64,000 nucleotides of DNA from Naegleria gruberi. Taxonomy: Eukaryota. The notes beneath the pieces were generated by a model, which was not told where the DNA came from, searched no databases, and saw nothing but the letters and a program-made list of their open reading frames with translations. Made by a program: the position numbers and the translations under genes. Location: NCBI GenBank assembly GCA_000004985.1, contig GG738857.1. One strand, 5' to 3'. The first letter of the stretch is position 1. The number at the start of each line of letters is the position of its first letter. Shown here in pieces: positions 55,315 to 64,000 of this stretch.

Positions 55315-55900
55315 TTATCCAGTATTAGCCATGACAGAAATTGTACAGGTTGCACTTGTTAACATTTTGAGGGTGTGTGTTACTTCTCCATCCTCACCAA
55401 CTGCAATACTTGTTGGGGCAATAGTTGCATTGAAGTAGGAACAGGAGTTGCAATTATTGCAAGACCATTGACAATCTTGATGTAAAACTTGTAGGCAATG
55501 TATCTGGAATGGTGTTAATTGAAGCATGTTCAGAATTCTGAAAAAAGCAAGTCCTGTTGGTTGAGTAAGAAGAGTATCAGTAATATTGATACCATTTCCA
55601 AAGTTCCTTCTTGTCCACCAATAAGTAATGATAGTCTTATTGGTAATTGATAGCTTTCTAATTCTAAAGTTATGAGTATCTACTATATAGATAAACTCAT
55701 CCATACCTTCCACTGAGTAGACAATTTGACTTGAGTAAAAACTCAAGAGTTGAAAGAACATCATCAGTGCAAACAGAGTCCAAATTGTTGATAGCAAATG
55801 TTGGAAAGTGTAAATCTTTTTGATAAATCAATTGCTTTCTATTGCCTCTTTCTCCTCTGTATGTGTAAGAGAACCATCTATTGTAAATGTCTACACTCAA
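55315..55900 (-). CDS. Exon fragments of an NHL-repeat (beta-propeller) protein. Gene model incomplete.
   Basis: ..FIYIVDTHNFRIRKLS.. and ..LLTQPTGLAFF.. resemble NHL repeat motifs (YV.D..N.RI.KF and NP.GIAV). Neighbouring ORFs 55697-55900 and 55930-56100 give related peptides, implying several short exons. Confidence 0.3.
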
Positions 55901-57232
55901 ATCAAACGGTAAAATCAGCTTTTAATCAGTGAGAATGAACATAGTTTCCCTTGGAGGATCATATTTCAAAATGAATTCACCTTCAGAGTTGTAAGGATTT
56001 AGATGGCAACAGTTGCTGTTGTGTAGACAACCTTAATACTTGCTAAATCTTCTAAAACAGTTCCATCAACAACAGTTACTATTTCTTGCATCACAGTTTC
56101 TAATTAATGGCAGGACTTTAAGTCTTGATAGAATGTATAGCACCAACCAAATTGAAATGTGAAGAGATTACACTCATAAACATCAAATTCTCTGACATCA
56201 TTTTCCAAAACTGATTATTTCAAATTATTATTTTGGTGAAGATTTCACCTTAAATGTTCCATGGTGTCAATTATGAAATGGAATTAAGGTAAAATTTCAA
56301 ATAAATCGTAGGTACTTACATTTATTACCCTGTTGCTGCTCCCACTCCAACTTATTAATTAAACACATCACAATCATATATAATACCCAACAAGATAGCA
56401 ACGTATTCAGGAGTAAATAACAAAAAGCAACAGCAAGTGATGAGGTAGGAGCCAAACAAGCAGCATACTTTTTCTCCTTTTCAGTACCAGTTGATCTAAA
56501 CTAATACTTCATTCAAATGCGTGCGGAATCATCGTAAAAGCCTGCTGTTGGTTGTTATTTCACAATCCTCCGATATACTTGAAAATAGTCATGATGATTC
56601 ATCAATAGAATTTAGTGATGAAAAAAAGGAGACCCTCTTTGATGAAGTTTTCCATAGACGATTACTTGCTGTTGGTGTTGAAGTGGTGTGTTTGTATGTT
56701 GCAGTATTAAATCATTTTTTGTTTGATCTCTCTAAATTATTGTTGAAAATCATAGGTTCTTCTTCTAAATAAATCATTCCTTACTAGATGTTTTCTGACA
56801 TAATAAGAAACATTACATCCCAAAACACAACATCATCTCCTTGAGAATTTGTTGTGAGTTTACCTCGTAGTAAAACAATTACTTCAATTTTGGAATAATT
56901 ATAAAACACCTCTACATGAAAAGAACTTTCTTATAAAAGAACTCAACCTAAGAGACGAGGTAGGATGTGATGTTACTAATTATTGTTGGGAGGTAATAAT
57001 TTTTGGTCGTTGGTTTGTCAGTTGGTGATGGTATTTTTTTCGATAAAGCTATCCAACGTCATAACTTTACAACTTTTATTACAAAAAGCAAAATGAAACG
57101 CGGTGCTTATTATGTAACGTACTACCGGTTGCTCAACTCTAGAAATAGAGTGTTGCACTTATCTTTAATTTAAAAAAACTACTAGGTCATAACCACACGG
57201 AGCACAAAAAAAACAGCAAGAGTGGAAAACAG

Positions 57233-60200
57233 ATGAAACACCACAACAAGGTCCTATTCACCACGATTTTATTGTGTTGCTTCTACTTTTATTGGAAATC
57301 ATCATTTGTTTCATCATCAATATTATCAACTGTATCACCTTCTTCTGGTTTTAATCCTCATCACCAAACACCCATTAACAGTAAAATACTAATACCAGAT
57401 ATTTATCGAGAATTTAGTGATGCACATAGAGAAGCTGCTGTAGCGGATTCACAATTTCCTTCTACTTTTGAATATTATCAAGAAGAACAACATTATGTAA
57501 ATAGTACCCTTGTAGATAACTTAAAGAAACGTTATGAACAGTTGGCACATGATCATGGCAGAAGAAGATCTTTGGAAGGTTCTAATGATGAAAGTAATTA
57601 TCTGGCATCAGAAGAATTGTGGACAGAATATATCAAGACGACTATTTATTTGAATTATACCTTCTACATGTCAGCGAATGGGGGTGGTAGTGCCGATCAA
57701 CCAAATTGTACAATGGAATTTCCTTGTGCAAGCATTGCTGATTTAATGAAAGGAATTGATAAGAGAGTGTTTGTCAAGTCGAATGAATACTTTCTCTACT
57801 TGTTCTCAATGAAGAGATTTATCATTGTTAATGTAGTTTTCATGGATGACATGCTGCAGTTGGAATGTGATTCTCCAAAAAACTCATTCCTTCGATTGCC
57901 AATTATGAATGTCATGTTCATGTTTAGATTTAGTAGTTTTAGTAATTTAGAGAGGAGGACAATTTCATGTGGTGAGAAACAGGGACTTTTATTCGATAGT
58001 ACTAGAAGAGACATTTTAATGATCTTGGTTTCAAACCTTAATTTACGATTTGTCTATTTTAGAAATGATTACTTTCTCAATTTTGGAATTCATCATAGCT
58101 CAAGTTTTGTACTTTTTGTTGTCAACGTGGATATACAAAACCCAAAACATCTAATTGTGGAATATTGTGATCTTGAGCAGTCAGCATTTGCTTACAGAAA
58201 ATCAGATCTTGCAGTATTTTCCTTTTCCAAATTCACATACTACAATACTATTAGTCTGTATGCAGCAGCAGATATTCAGATGGCTGTTTTGGAAGTGAGT
58301 GGTATTTTGAAAACTGACTTTTTGAATGTGCAACAATTCTTGCTTTATAGATCCAATTTCAAACGTCATTCAATCATTTTCTTTATTACAGGTAGTGGAA
58401 TTATTCATGTTGAAGATTGCCGTTTTGAAGATCAATCAGTTCAGAGTGTCATGTTTGATGTCACTAAAGGGCAAACTTTCCAATTTTTCAATAACTATGT
58501 GAAAGGAAATATTGTTGTCTTGGATGTTAAGGCTCAGACTCTTATATCAATTATTAATTCTACCTTCATTGAGAATGATATACCAACACTAAATAATTCA
58601 AAACGGTTCCAACTGTATCAGTCTTACAATTCTCCTGTAAATTTTAAAAGTAGTTTAATTCTTTCCATTCAAAATTCAACATTTGACAATAATTTTGGAG
58701 AGAAAGGAGCACATGCTTATGTACAAGATGTAATAGAAATACGTGTTGAAGGATCCAAGTTCTTGAATGGAAGAGGCAGTGCTTTGGTAATTGACACAAT
58801 GCCATCTTCTGACTTGTATAGATATTTAATCTTTGTTTCCAACTCTTTATTCGAAAATAATGAATCACCAGATTATGGTGGTGCTTTTAGAATCTTATAC
58901 TCAATTCAAGCAAACTTCATGAATTGTATCTTTAGAAATAATGTGGCTTATTATGCTGGTGGTGCTCTCAATTTTTTGTTGGCAAATGTGATTACTCTTA
59001 ATGGAACAATATTTGAAAGAAATAGGGCCTTATTTGGAGAAGAAACACCTGACAATGAGCTTTTTTATCGAGGTTCTGGTGGCGCAATTTCTATCTCTCG
59101 ATCACCTCAACCACTTAATATTAATGGTGCAACTTTCATTGAAAATGAAGCATATGCAGGAGGTGCCTTATTTTTCACTGGTGTTGGAGTTGATACTGTC
59201 TCAAATTGTTTATTCAGAAAGAATAGAGCTACGAATACAGGAGGGGCAATTTTCCATTTTGCACAACTCAATATGACACAGCCCAAGTTCAGTAATGTGA
59301 TATTTGATCAAAACAGTGCTGCAGTTTATGGTAATGACTTTTTCGCATCAGTCAATGAAATGATGAAGGAAGAAACTTACCTTTCCATCTATCCAGGACA
59401 AACAATTTTCATACCAATGACCACTTTTACAAATAATGTACAGGTGCCTTGCAATGTAGATCGTTTCGTTGTTGCTTCTGCAGAGTATCCAGATCTTTAT
59501 TTCCATGTTAAGGAATTGGCTGAGGGTTTAAATATTACCCTTTTAATTTTAAATGGTACACTGCCAGAGTATGCTGGAATAGCTTTGAATACCACAGTTA
59601 AAGTGGAACAAACCTATGAAAGTGGATGGTTTTCAGAGTTTACCATTCTTCCTTGTCCAGATGGATACGAGTACAAGTTCAGTAACAATTTTGGAGTTGC
59701 TGCCTATATGTGTGTATCTGGTAATGCCCTAACTTGGAAGGAAATTGTTGCTATTACTGTTCCAGCAGGTTTTGCATTCTTTATTATGGGAACTTTTTCT
59801 GGAATTTTTGTTCTTTTTATGTTTATGAAAATTGTGAGACGATTGAGAATTTTGTCAAGCAAAGAAAAAGCAGAAAAGGCAGTAGCTCAAAGAATTATTG
59901 ACAAGAGAATTGTTTTTGGAAGTGATTATGAGCCATCCAAATCTAATGACACCAATTATTTTGATACTCTTTCTGCACCATTGTTGGCTTCAAATGAAGT
60001 TGAACTGAAAATCAGCAGACGAGTACGAGATTTCCTTATTCCTATCGAAGCCATAGAAATCATCTCAAAGGTTGCTGAAGGTGGACAAGGTGTAGTTTAT
60101 GTTGCCCTCTTGTATGGAAAGACAAAGGTTGCTGTGAAATCTTTGAAAAAACTAATGAGTGATGGAAATGATGTTAATGATACAGATGACGAGTTTGAGA

Positions 60201-61018
60201 AGGAAGTCTCAATTTTATACAGTCTTAGACATCAAAATATTTTAAAGTTTTTTGGAATTGCATTGACAGAGGATAGCAAATACATGATTACTGAATATTT
60301 GGAGAATGGTTCACTGGAAAGAATGATTTATAAATTAAGAATTGGAAAGGCATCTCTCACATTAAAGCAAAAGCTAATCATCTTGCAAGATATTTGCTCT
60401 GGATTGGAATATTTACACTCTCTTGAACCACCAATAGTTCACAGAGATTTGAAACCAGGCAATGTCCTTTTTGATTCAGATTATAGATGTAAGATTTGTG
60501 ATTTTGGATTGAGTAGAGCTGTTGGTAATTTAAACACTAACAATTCAATGACCAGAGGAATAGGTACATTACTTTATTCAAGTCCAGAGAGTTGGACCTC
60601 TTCGACGAGTGATATTGGAAATTCACAGGACAAGATACTGAAAGCTACCAAGGGAGATGTCTACAGCTTTGGAATAATGATGCACGAGCTATTCTTTGAA
60701 TTATCTCCCTATTCACAATCTTCAAAAATTGGTAGCAATCTTACGGATGACCAAAACATGATTAATGTCCTAGCTCATGTTGCTAGAGGAAACAGACCTC
60801 TCATTCCATTCAAAAACGCAGATCAAGTTAGAGAATGGTTACAACTCTATCCTTTACAACCGTACACAGTGAGTATGAGTCTTTGTCAAATAGTATTGGA
60901 CTATTTCAAATTGACTGCTCAATGTTGGGATGAAAAGCCAGAAATGAGACCTTCAATCAAGGAAGTGGGTGATGAACTTAAAAGACTTTTATTTGAATTA
61001 TCAGCAAATTGTGAATAA
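57233..61018 (+). CDS. Receptor-type protein kinase. It has a signal peptide, a large ectodomain with parallel beta-helix (PbH1/pectin-lyase-like) repeats, a single transmembrane helix and a cytoplasmic TKL-like kinase domain.
   Basis: The 1261-aa ORF starts at an ATG. The signal peptide is MKHHNKVLFTTILLCCFYFYW. Ectodomain repeats include NNVAYYAGGALNF, GSGGAISISRS, NEAYAGGALFFTG, NRATNTGGAIFHF and NSAAVYGNDFFAS. The transmembrane helix is VAITVPAGFAFFIMGTFSGIFVLFMFMKIV. The kinase subdomains are GGQGVVYVA, VAVKSLKK, HRDLKPGNVLF, DFGLSR and SPE. Confidence 0.8.
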   Translation: MKHHNKVLFTTILLCCFYFYWKSSFVSSSILSTVSPSSGFNPHHQTPINSKILIPDIYREFSDAHREAAVADSQFPSTFEYYQEEQHYVNSTLVDNLKKRYEQLAHDHGRRRSLEGSNDESNYLASEELWTEYIKTTIYLNYTFYMSANGGGSADQPNCTMEFPCASIADLMKGIDKRVFVKSNEYFLYLFSMKRFIIVNVVFMDDMLQLECDSPKNSFLRLPIMNVMFMFRFSSFSNLERRTISCGEKQGLLFDSTRRDILMILVSNLNLRFVYFRNDYFLNFGIHHSSSFVLFVVNVDIQNPKHLIVEYCDLEQSAFAYRKSDLAVFSFSKFTYYNTISLYAAADIQMAVLEVSGILKTDFLNVQQFLLYRSNFKRHSIIFFITGSGIIHVEDCRFEDQSVQSVMFDVTKGQTFQFFNNYVKGNIVVLDVKAQTLISIINSTFIENDIPTLNNSKRFQLYQSYNSPVNFKSSLILSIQNSTFDNNFGEKGAHAYVQDVIEIRVEGSKFLNGRGSALVIDTMPSSDLYRYLIFVSNSLFENNESPDYGGAFRILYSIQANFMNCIFRNNVAYYAGGALNFLLANVITLNGTIFERNRALFGEETPDNELFYRGSGGAISISRSPQPLNINGATFIENEAYAGGALFFTGVGVDTVSNCLFRKNRATNTGGAIFHFAQLNMTQPKFSNVIFDQNSAAVYGNDFFASVNEMMKEETYLSIYPGQTIFIPMTTFTNNVQVPCNVDRFVVASAEYPDLYFHVKELAEGLNITLLILNGTLPEYAGIALNTTVKVEQTYESGWFSEFTILPCPDGYEYKFSNNFGVAAYMCVSGNALTWKEIVAITVPAGFAFFIMGTFSGIFVLFMFMKIVRRLRILSSKEKAEKAVAQRIIDKRIVFGSDYEPSKSNDTNYFDTLSAPLLASNEVELKISRRVRDFLIPIEAIEIISKVAEGGQGVVYVALLYGKTKVAVKSLKKLMSDGNDVNDTDDEFEKEVSILYSLRHQNILKFFGIALTEDSKYMITEYLENGSLERMIYKLRIGKASLTLKQKLIILQDICSGLEYLHSLEPPIVHRDLKPGNVLFDSDYRCKICDFGLSRAVGNLNTNNSMTRGIGTLLYSSPESWTSSTSDIGNSQDKILKATKGDVYSFGIMMHELFFELSPYSQSSKIGSNLTDDQNMINVLAHVARGNRPLIPFKNADQVREWLQLYPLQPYTVSMSLCQIVLDYFKLTAQCWDEKPEMRPSIKEVGDELKRLLFELSANCE

Positions 61019-61096
61019 GGTCATTACGTATTTCTAATGGAATCAATACAATTAAACAATTTAATTGATAAAAACAAGATTCAATTATTTCTTGAA

Positions 61097-62782
61097 TTAT
61101 TTTGAGGTTAGTTTGCCCATTAGATATTCTAATGTGTGAGGAGAGAAGGTTTCTTCGTGAGAGTTTGGTTCAATGTACTCTGAATACATATTCTCTAGAA
61201 GATTGTAAATTTTTTGAACTGTTACATTATGCTTTTCACAAAATTCCAAAAAGTCTTTGAATTTTCTTGCCAGTTCAGTATTTTTGAAGGTATAATAATA
61301 CATTGGTTTTTCGCAATGGCAAGTGACAATTAATTGAATGATAAACTTGAGTTCGTGATCACTATTGAATGCTCCACCTCCCCAGTTACCTGTAGAAATA
61401 TTCGAATAGAAATTCAATCCATAATTCTTTCTAATAGAACAGAATGCAGAATAGGCCTTGATAATTTCTCTATCTATACAATCAATCTTCCACTGTTTCA
61501 ATTTTTCATTCGTATAGTAATATTTAGAATCGAATGCAACAATTTGTGATTTGAAGCAAAATAGATGTTCGCTTTCCTTCTCATAATTTCCATCAATAAA
61601 GTCTCCCTTATAGAGGAGTGATTTGGCATATCCTTGATGTGAACTAAACTGCTCTGTTCCACAAATTAATAATGACTCATTATTCGAAAGCTTTTCAACA
61701 ATCAACCTAGAGATGATACATTCAGGACTGAGTGCAAATCTAATTTCCTCCTGAACGGCTCCTCCTCTTAAAACTCCTCCTCCAATGTACTTGTTTGCAA
61801 AGTCACTGTGAATGGCATTTTCACAATCCTCAATTGATCCTTCTGGAAGAACAATCACTTGATTGTTTGATATTTCAACAGTTGATTGTTGAATTTGACA
61901 AATGACTTGATATGGCTCTACTTTCTTTCTAATAAATGTCACATAGCCAAATCTTTTAATTTCCTCAATTCCTCTCTCACATAATCTCTCAAAATAATGG
62001 ATAATCATCAAGAGTTTGGAGCTACTTGCAATGTATGGATTGATAAACAGAGTATCCATGTTAATACTTGTAATTTTCAAGGTTCCTTCCTTTACATCTC
62101 CCAATCTTGAAAATGTACAAAAGAAACTATTTGCCAATATACAAGCACATTCCAATTTAGTCAATTTCACAGCTCTTGATTCATTATTAATTGATGACTT
62201 GTTCAATTCCTCCAATATTGGCAGTAATCCTTCATTCAACACTATAGTTGACTGTCTCTGACATTCATGTTCATACAAATCACCAGCATACGATCCAAGA
62301 ATGCTCTCAGATTTCAAAACCAACTCAATGATGAATGGCAATGTTTCAGTAAAAAACTTTGGACGTCCTTCCCACTTTGCACTACTCTTCTCATCCAATA
62401 ACATACTCAATAGATTAATATCTTGAACTAGAACTGATTCCACTTGTTTCTTATCATGTGATTGATAGGAAATTTTCTGAATTTTCCTCACAATTGCAGC
62501 AAATTCAGCACTTGATGAAATTTCGCTCTCTTTCAAAATATTTGCAATTTCCGTCCATGAATTCTTCATCATGAAGGGAAATACAACATGTGCTGAAGAG
62601 GAAAAATTGTATTTCCCTTCCGAATTTGTAAATTTTTGTTTGGTAAATTGTGAATTATATTTCCTAGAATTTGCTTTGAATTTTTCTGATTTTTCTTCAT
62701 GTTCTTCTTGCTGTGTTGTGATCAAATCTGACAAATCGCGTTTCTTCTCCGAAGCATGATGCAACGACCTGAATAACGGCAT
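61097..62782 (-). CDS. Poly(ADP-ribose) glycohydrolase (PARG).
   Basis: ATG at 62782 (MPLFRSLHHASEKK...). The catalytic-domain signature DFANKYIGGGVLRGGAVQEEIRFALSPECIISRLIVEKLSNNESLLICGTEQFSSHQGYAKSLLYKGDF matches the PARG GGG-x6-8-QEE motif and flanking blocks. Confidence 0.85.
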   Translation of the reverse strand: MPLFRSLHHASEKKRDLSDLITTQQEEHEEKSEKFKANSRKYNSQFTKQKFTNSEGKYNFSSSAHVVFPFMMKNSWTEIANILKESEISSSAEFAAIVRKIQKISYQSHDKKQVESVLVQDINLLSMLLDEKSSAKWEGRPKFFTETLPFIIELVLKSESILGSYAGDLYEHECQRQSTIVLNEGLLPILEELNKSSINNESRAVKLTKLECACILANSFFCTFSRLGDVKEGTLKITSINMDTLFINPYIASSSKLLMIIHYFERLCERGIEEIKRFGYVTFIRKKVEPYQVICQIQQSTVEISNNQVIVLPEGSIEDCENAIHSDFANKYIGGGVLRGGAVQEEIRFALSPECIISRLIVEKLSNNESLLICGTEQFSSHQGYAKSLLYKGDFIDGNYEKESEHLFCFKSQIVAFDSKYYYTNEKLKQWKIDCIDREIIKAYSAFCSIRKNYGLNFYSNISTGNWGGGAFNSDHELKFIIQLIVTCHCEKPMYYYTFKNTELARKFKDFLEFCEKHNVTVQKIYNLLENMYSEYIEPNSHEETFSPHTLEYLMGKLTSK

Positions 62783-62872
62783 TTTTTTTATATAGAGTTT
62801 ACAATCAAATTTACACACAACCTAGTTCAATATTTGTTTCCTCCTTAAATACATGATAAAAATTGATTCTCT

Positions 62873-64000
62873 TTATTTATCCCTATTCAATTTCAACAAT
62901 TCCAACTCTTTCAACTCAGAATCAATTTCCTCTCTCTTTGTATCAATCACTTTTTGCCTCATGAGAATTCTTCCCTTCTCATAATGTTGATCGTCACATC
63001 TTTTCAATTCATAGGTCCAACCAAACAATGACAATGAATAGATAATCCATTTGCCAGGATCGAAATGATACCAACGAACTCCATTTCTATAATCGTATGC
63101 AAATGTGTGATGGAAATTGTGATATCCCTCACCAAATGTTAACAAGCTCACAAAATATGAGTCACGAGCTGTGTGATCGTCGTTGAATGTGGCATCTCCC
63201 CATGAGTGAGCTAAACTATTGATAAAGAAGGTACAATGTTGGAGAATGGTTTTGGATAAAACTCCGGCAATGAGGAAACCACCTTTCCAATCTCCCCAAA
63301 AGTATCCTGCAACGAAAGTTGGACAAACGTAGCCAAAGAAGATGGCCAAATAGGGATAGTATTTGTGTTGGAAGACACAGTATGGATCACTTGTTAAATC
63401 GGGAATATTTGAGTGGTCAACTGGACGATTTTTCATTAACCAACCCATGTGAGCATGAAAGAATGAATTCTTGATATTGTAAGGATCTCTTTCAGTATCA
63501 ATGAACTTGTGATGTCTTCTGTGATCACTATATGAAATTTAGAAATAGTTTCGAATAGAATAAACTTACCTAGACCAACTAATGGCACTTCCTTGAAAGG
63601 CAGCACTTCCAATCAAGAGAAACGCCAAGCGAACAGGAAGATTAGCCTTACACGACAAGTGAGCAAAGAATCTATGATAACCAGTTGAAATTCCAATACC
63701 AGACGAATACATGGAAACAAAGCTCAATAAATATGTTTTCCAATTGAATGGACATGTGAAAATTCCATAAATGGAAACAATGATAGAGCCAATCAAGTAG
63801 ATGGAAATGATATAGTCAATATTACGTAAATCTAAATAATCGACAATATCTGAATAATCGTATTCATGTTGGTTTCCATTAAATGAGACGAAATCTAACC
63901 ATGTAATAGAATCAGATTTTCTACCACCAATCAATTCCAATTGCTTTCCAAACTTTTCTTCCAAAACCTTAACGCTTTCTCTCCATTTAGTTTGTGGAAC
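62873..64000 (-). CDS. Stearoyl-CoA (delta-9) desaturase. Exons (minus strand) 64000-63570 (5' partial, continues beyond the window) and 63527-62873. Intron 63528-63569 (42 bp, GTAAGT..ATATAG).
   Basis: Histidine boxes: GYHRFFAH (box 1, upstream exon), SDHRRHHKF restored across the intron (..ISWS|SDHRRHHKFIDTERDPYN...) and GEGYHNFHHTFAYDYRN (box 3). The frame is open to base 64000. Confidence 0.8.

Noticed and set aside
1-64000. Prokaryotic interpretation (operons, defence islands, CRISPR, phage or integron elements).
   Set aside because: Multiple genes need spliceosomal GT-AG introns to restore conserved motifs. There is a eukaryotic-type tRNA and eukaryote-specific families (Rab, Arp, F-box, WD40, villin headpiece, PARG). 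No Shine-Dalgarno-linked gene arrays and no CRISPR-like repeat-spacer structure are present. Defence-system logic does not apply.

Overview
This window is eukaryotic nuclear DNA, not prokaryotic. It is AT-rich (roughly one-third GC), carries two scaffold gaps (N runs at 1993-2042 and 22842-23128), and is gene-dense on both strands. Several genes have spliceosomal GT-AG introns, most of them only 42-57 bp long with GTAAGT or GTATGT donors; I reconstructed these by hand from the sequence. Many ORF-track entries start at TTG or GTG and are therefore exon fragments or frame artefacts. A DYW-type PLS pentatricopeptide gene, a histidine-kinase-type receiver domain, beta-helix receptor kinases and a DUF4116 repeat protein together suggest an amoeboid protist such as a heterolobosean; this is inference only.

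Recognisable genes (strand in brackets):
- 3' end of a two-component receiver-domain gene (+)
- Rab GTPase with four exons (-)
- nitric-oxide-synthase oxygenase-domain gene lacking a reductase, with a C-terminal transmembrane tail (+)
- head-to-head pair of large paralogous proteins with a degenerate septin/IRG-like GTPase N-domain and a conserved unknown C-domain, one copy frameshifted (-/+)
- tRNA-Lys(UUU) (-)
- EGF-like type I membrane protein (-)
- cyclophilin (+)
- villin-headpiece repeat protein (+)
- DYW-type PLS-PPR editing-factor-like gene with near-identical internal repeats (+)
- DUF4116 repeat protein (+)
- mitochondrial carrier (-)
- BTB/WD40 protein (-)
- two F-box-like proteins (+ and -)
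- SNM1/Artemis-type metallo-beta-lactamase nuclease with an 11-nt first exon (+)
- actin-related protein (+)
- kynurenine/glutamine transaminase (+)
- Mpv17/PMP22-like protein (-)
- PPPDE/DeSI peptidase (-)
- receptor protein kinase with a beta-helix ectodomain (+)
- poly(ADP-ribose) glycohydrolase (-)
- stearoyl-CoA desaturase, 5' partial (-)

The most unusual items are the GTPase giant-protein pair and the reductase-less, tail-anchored NOS.
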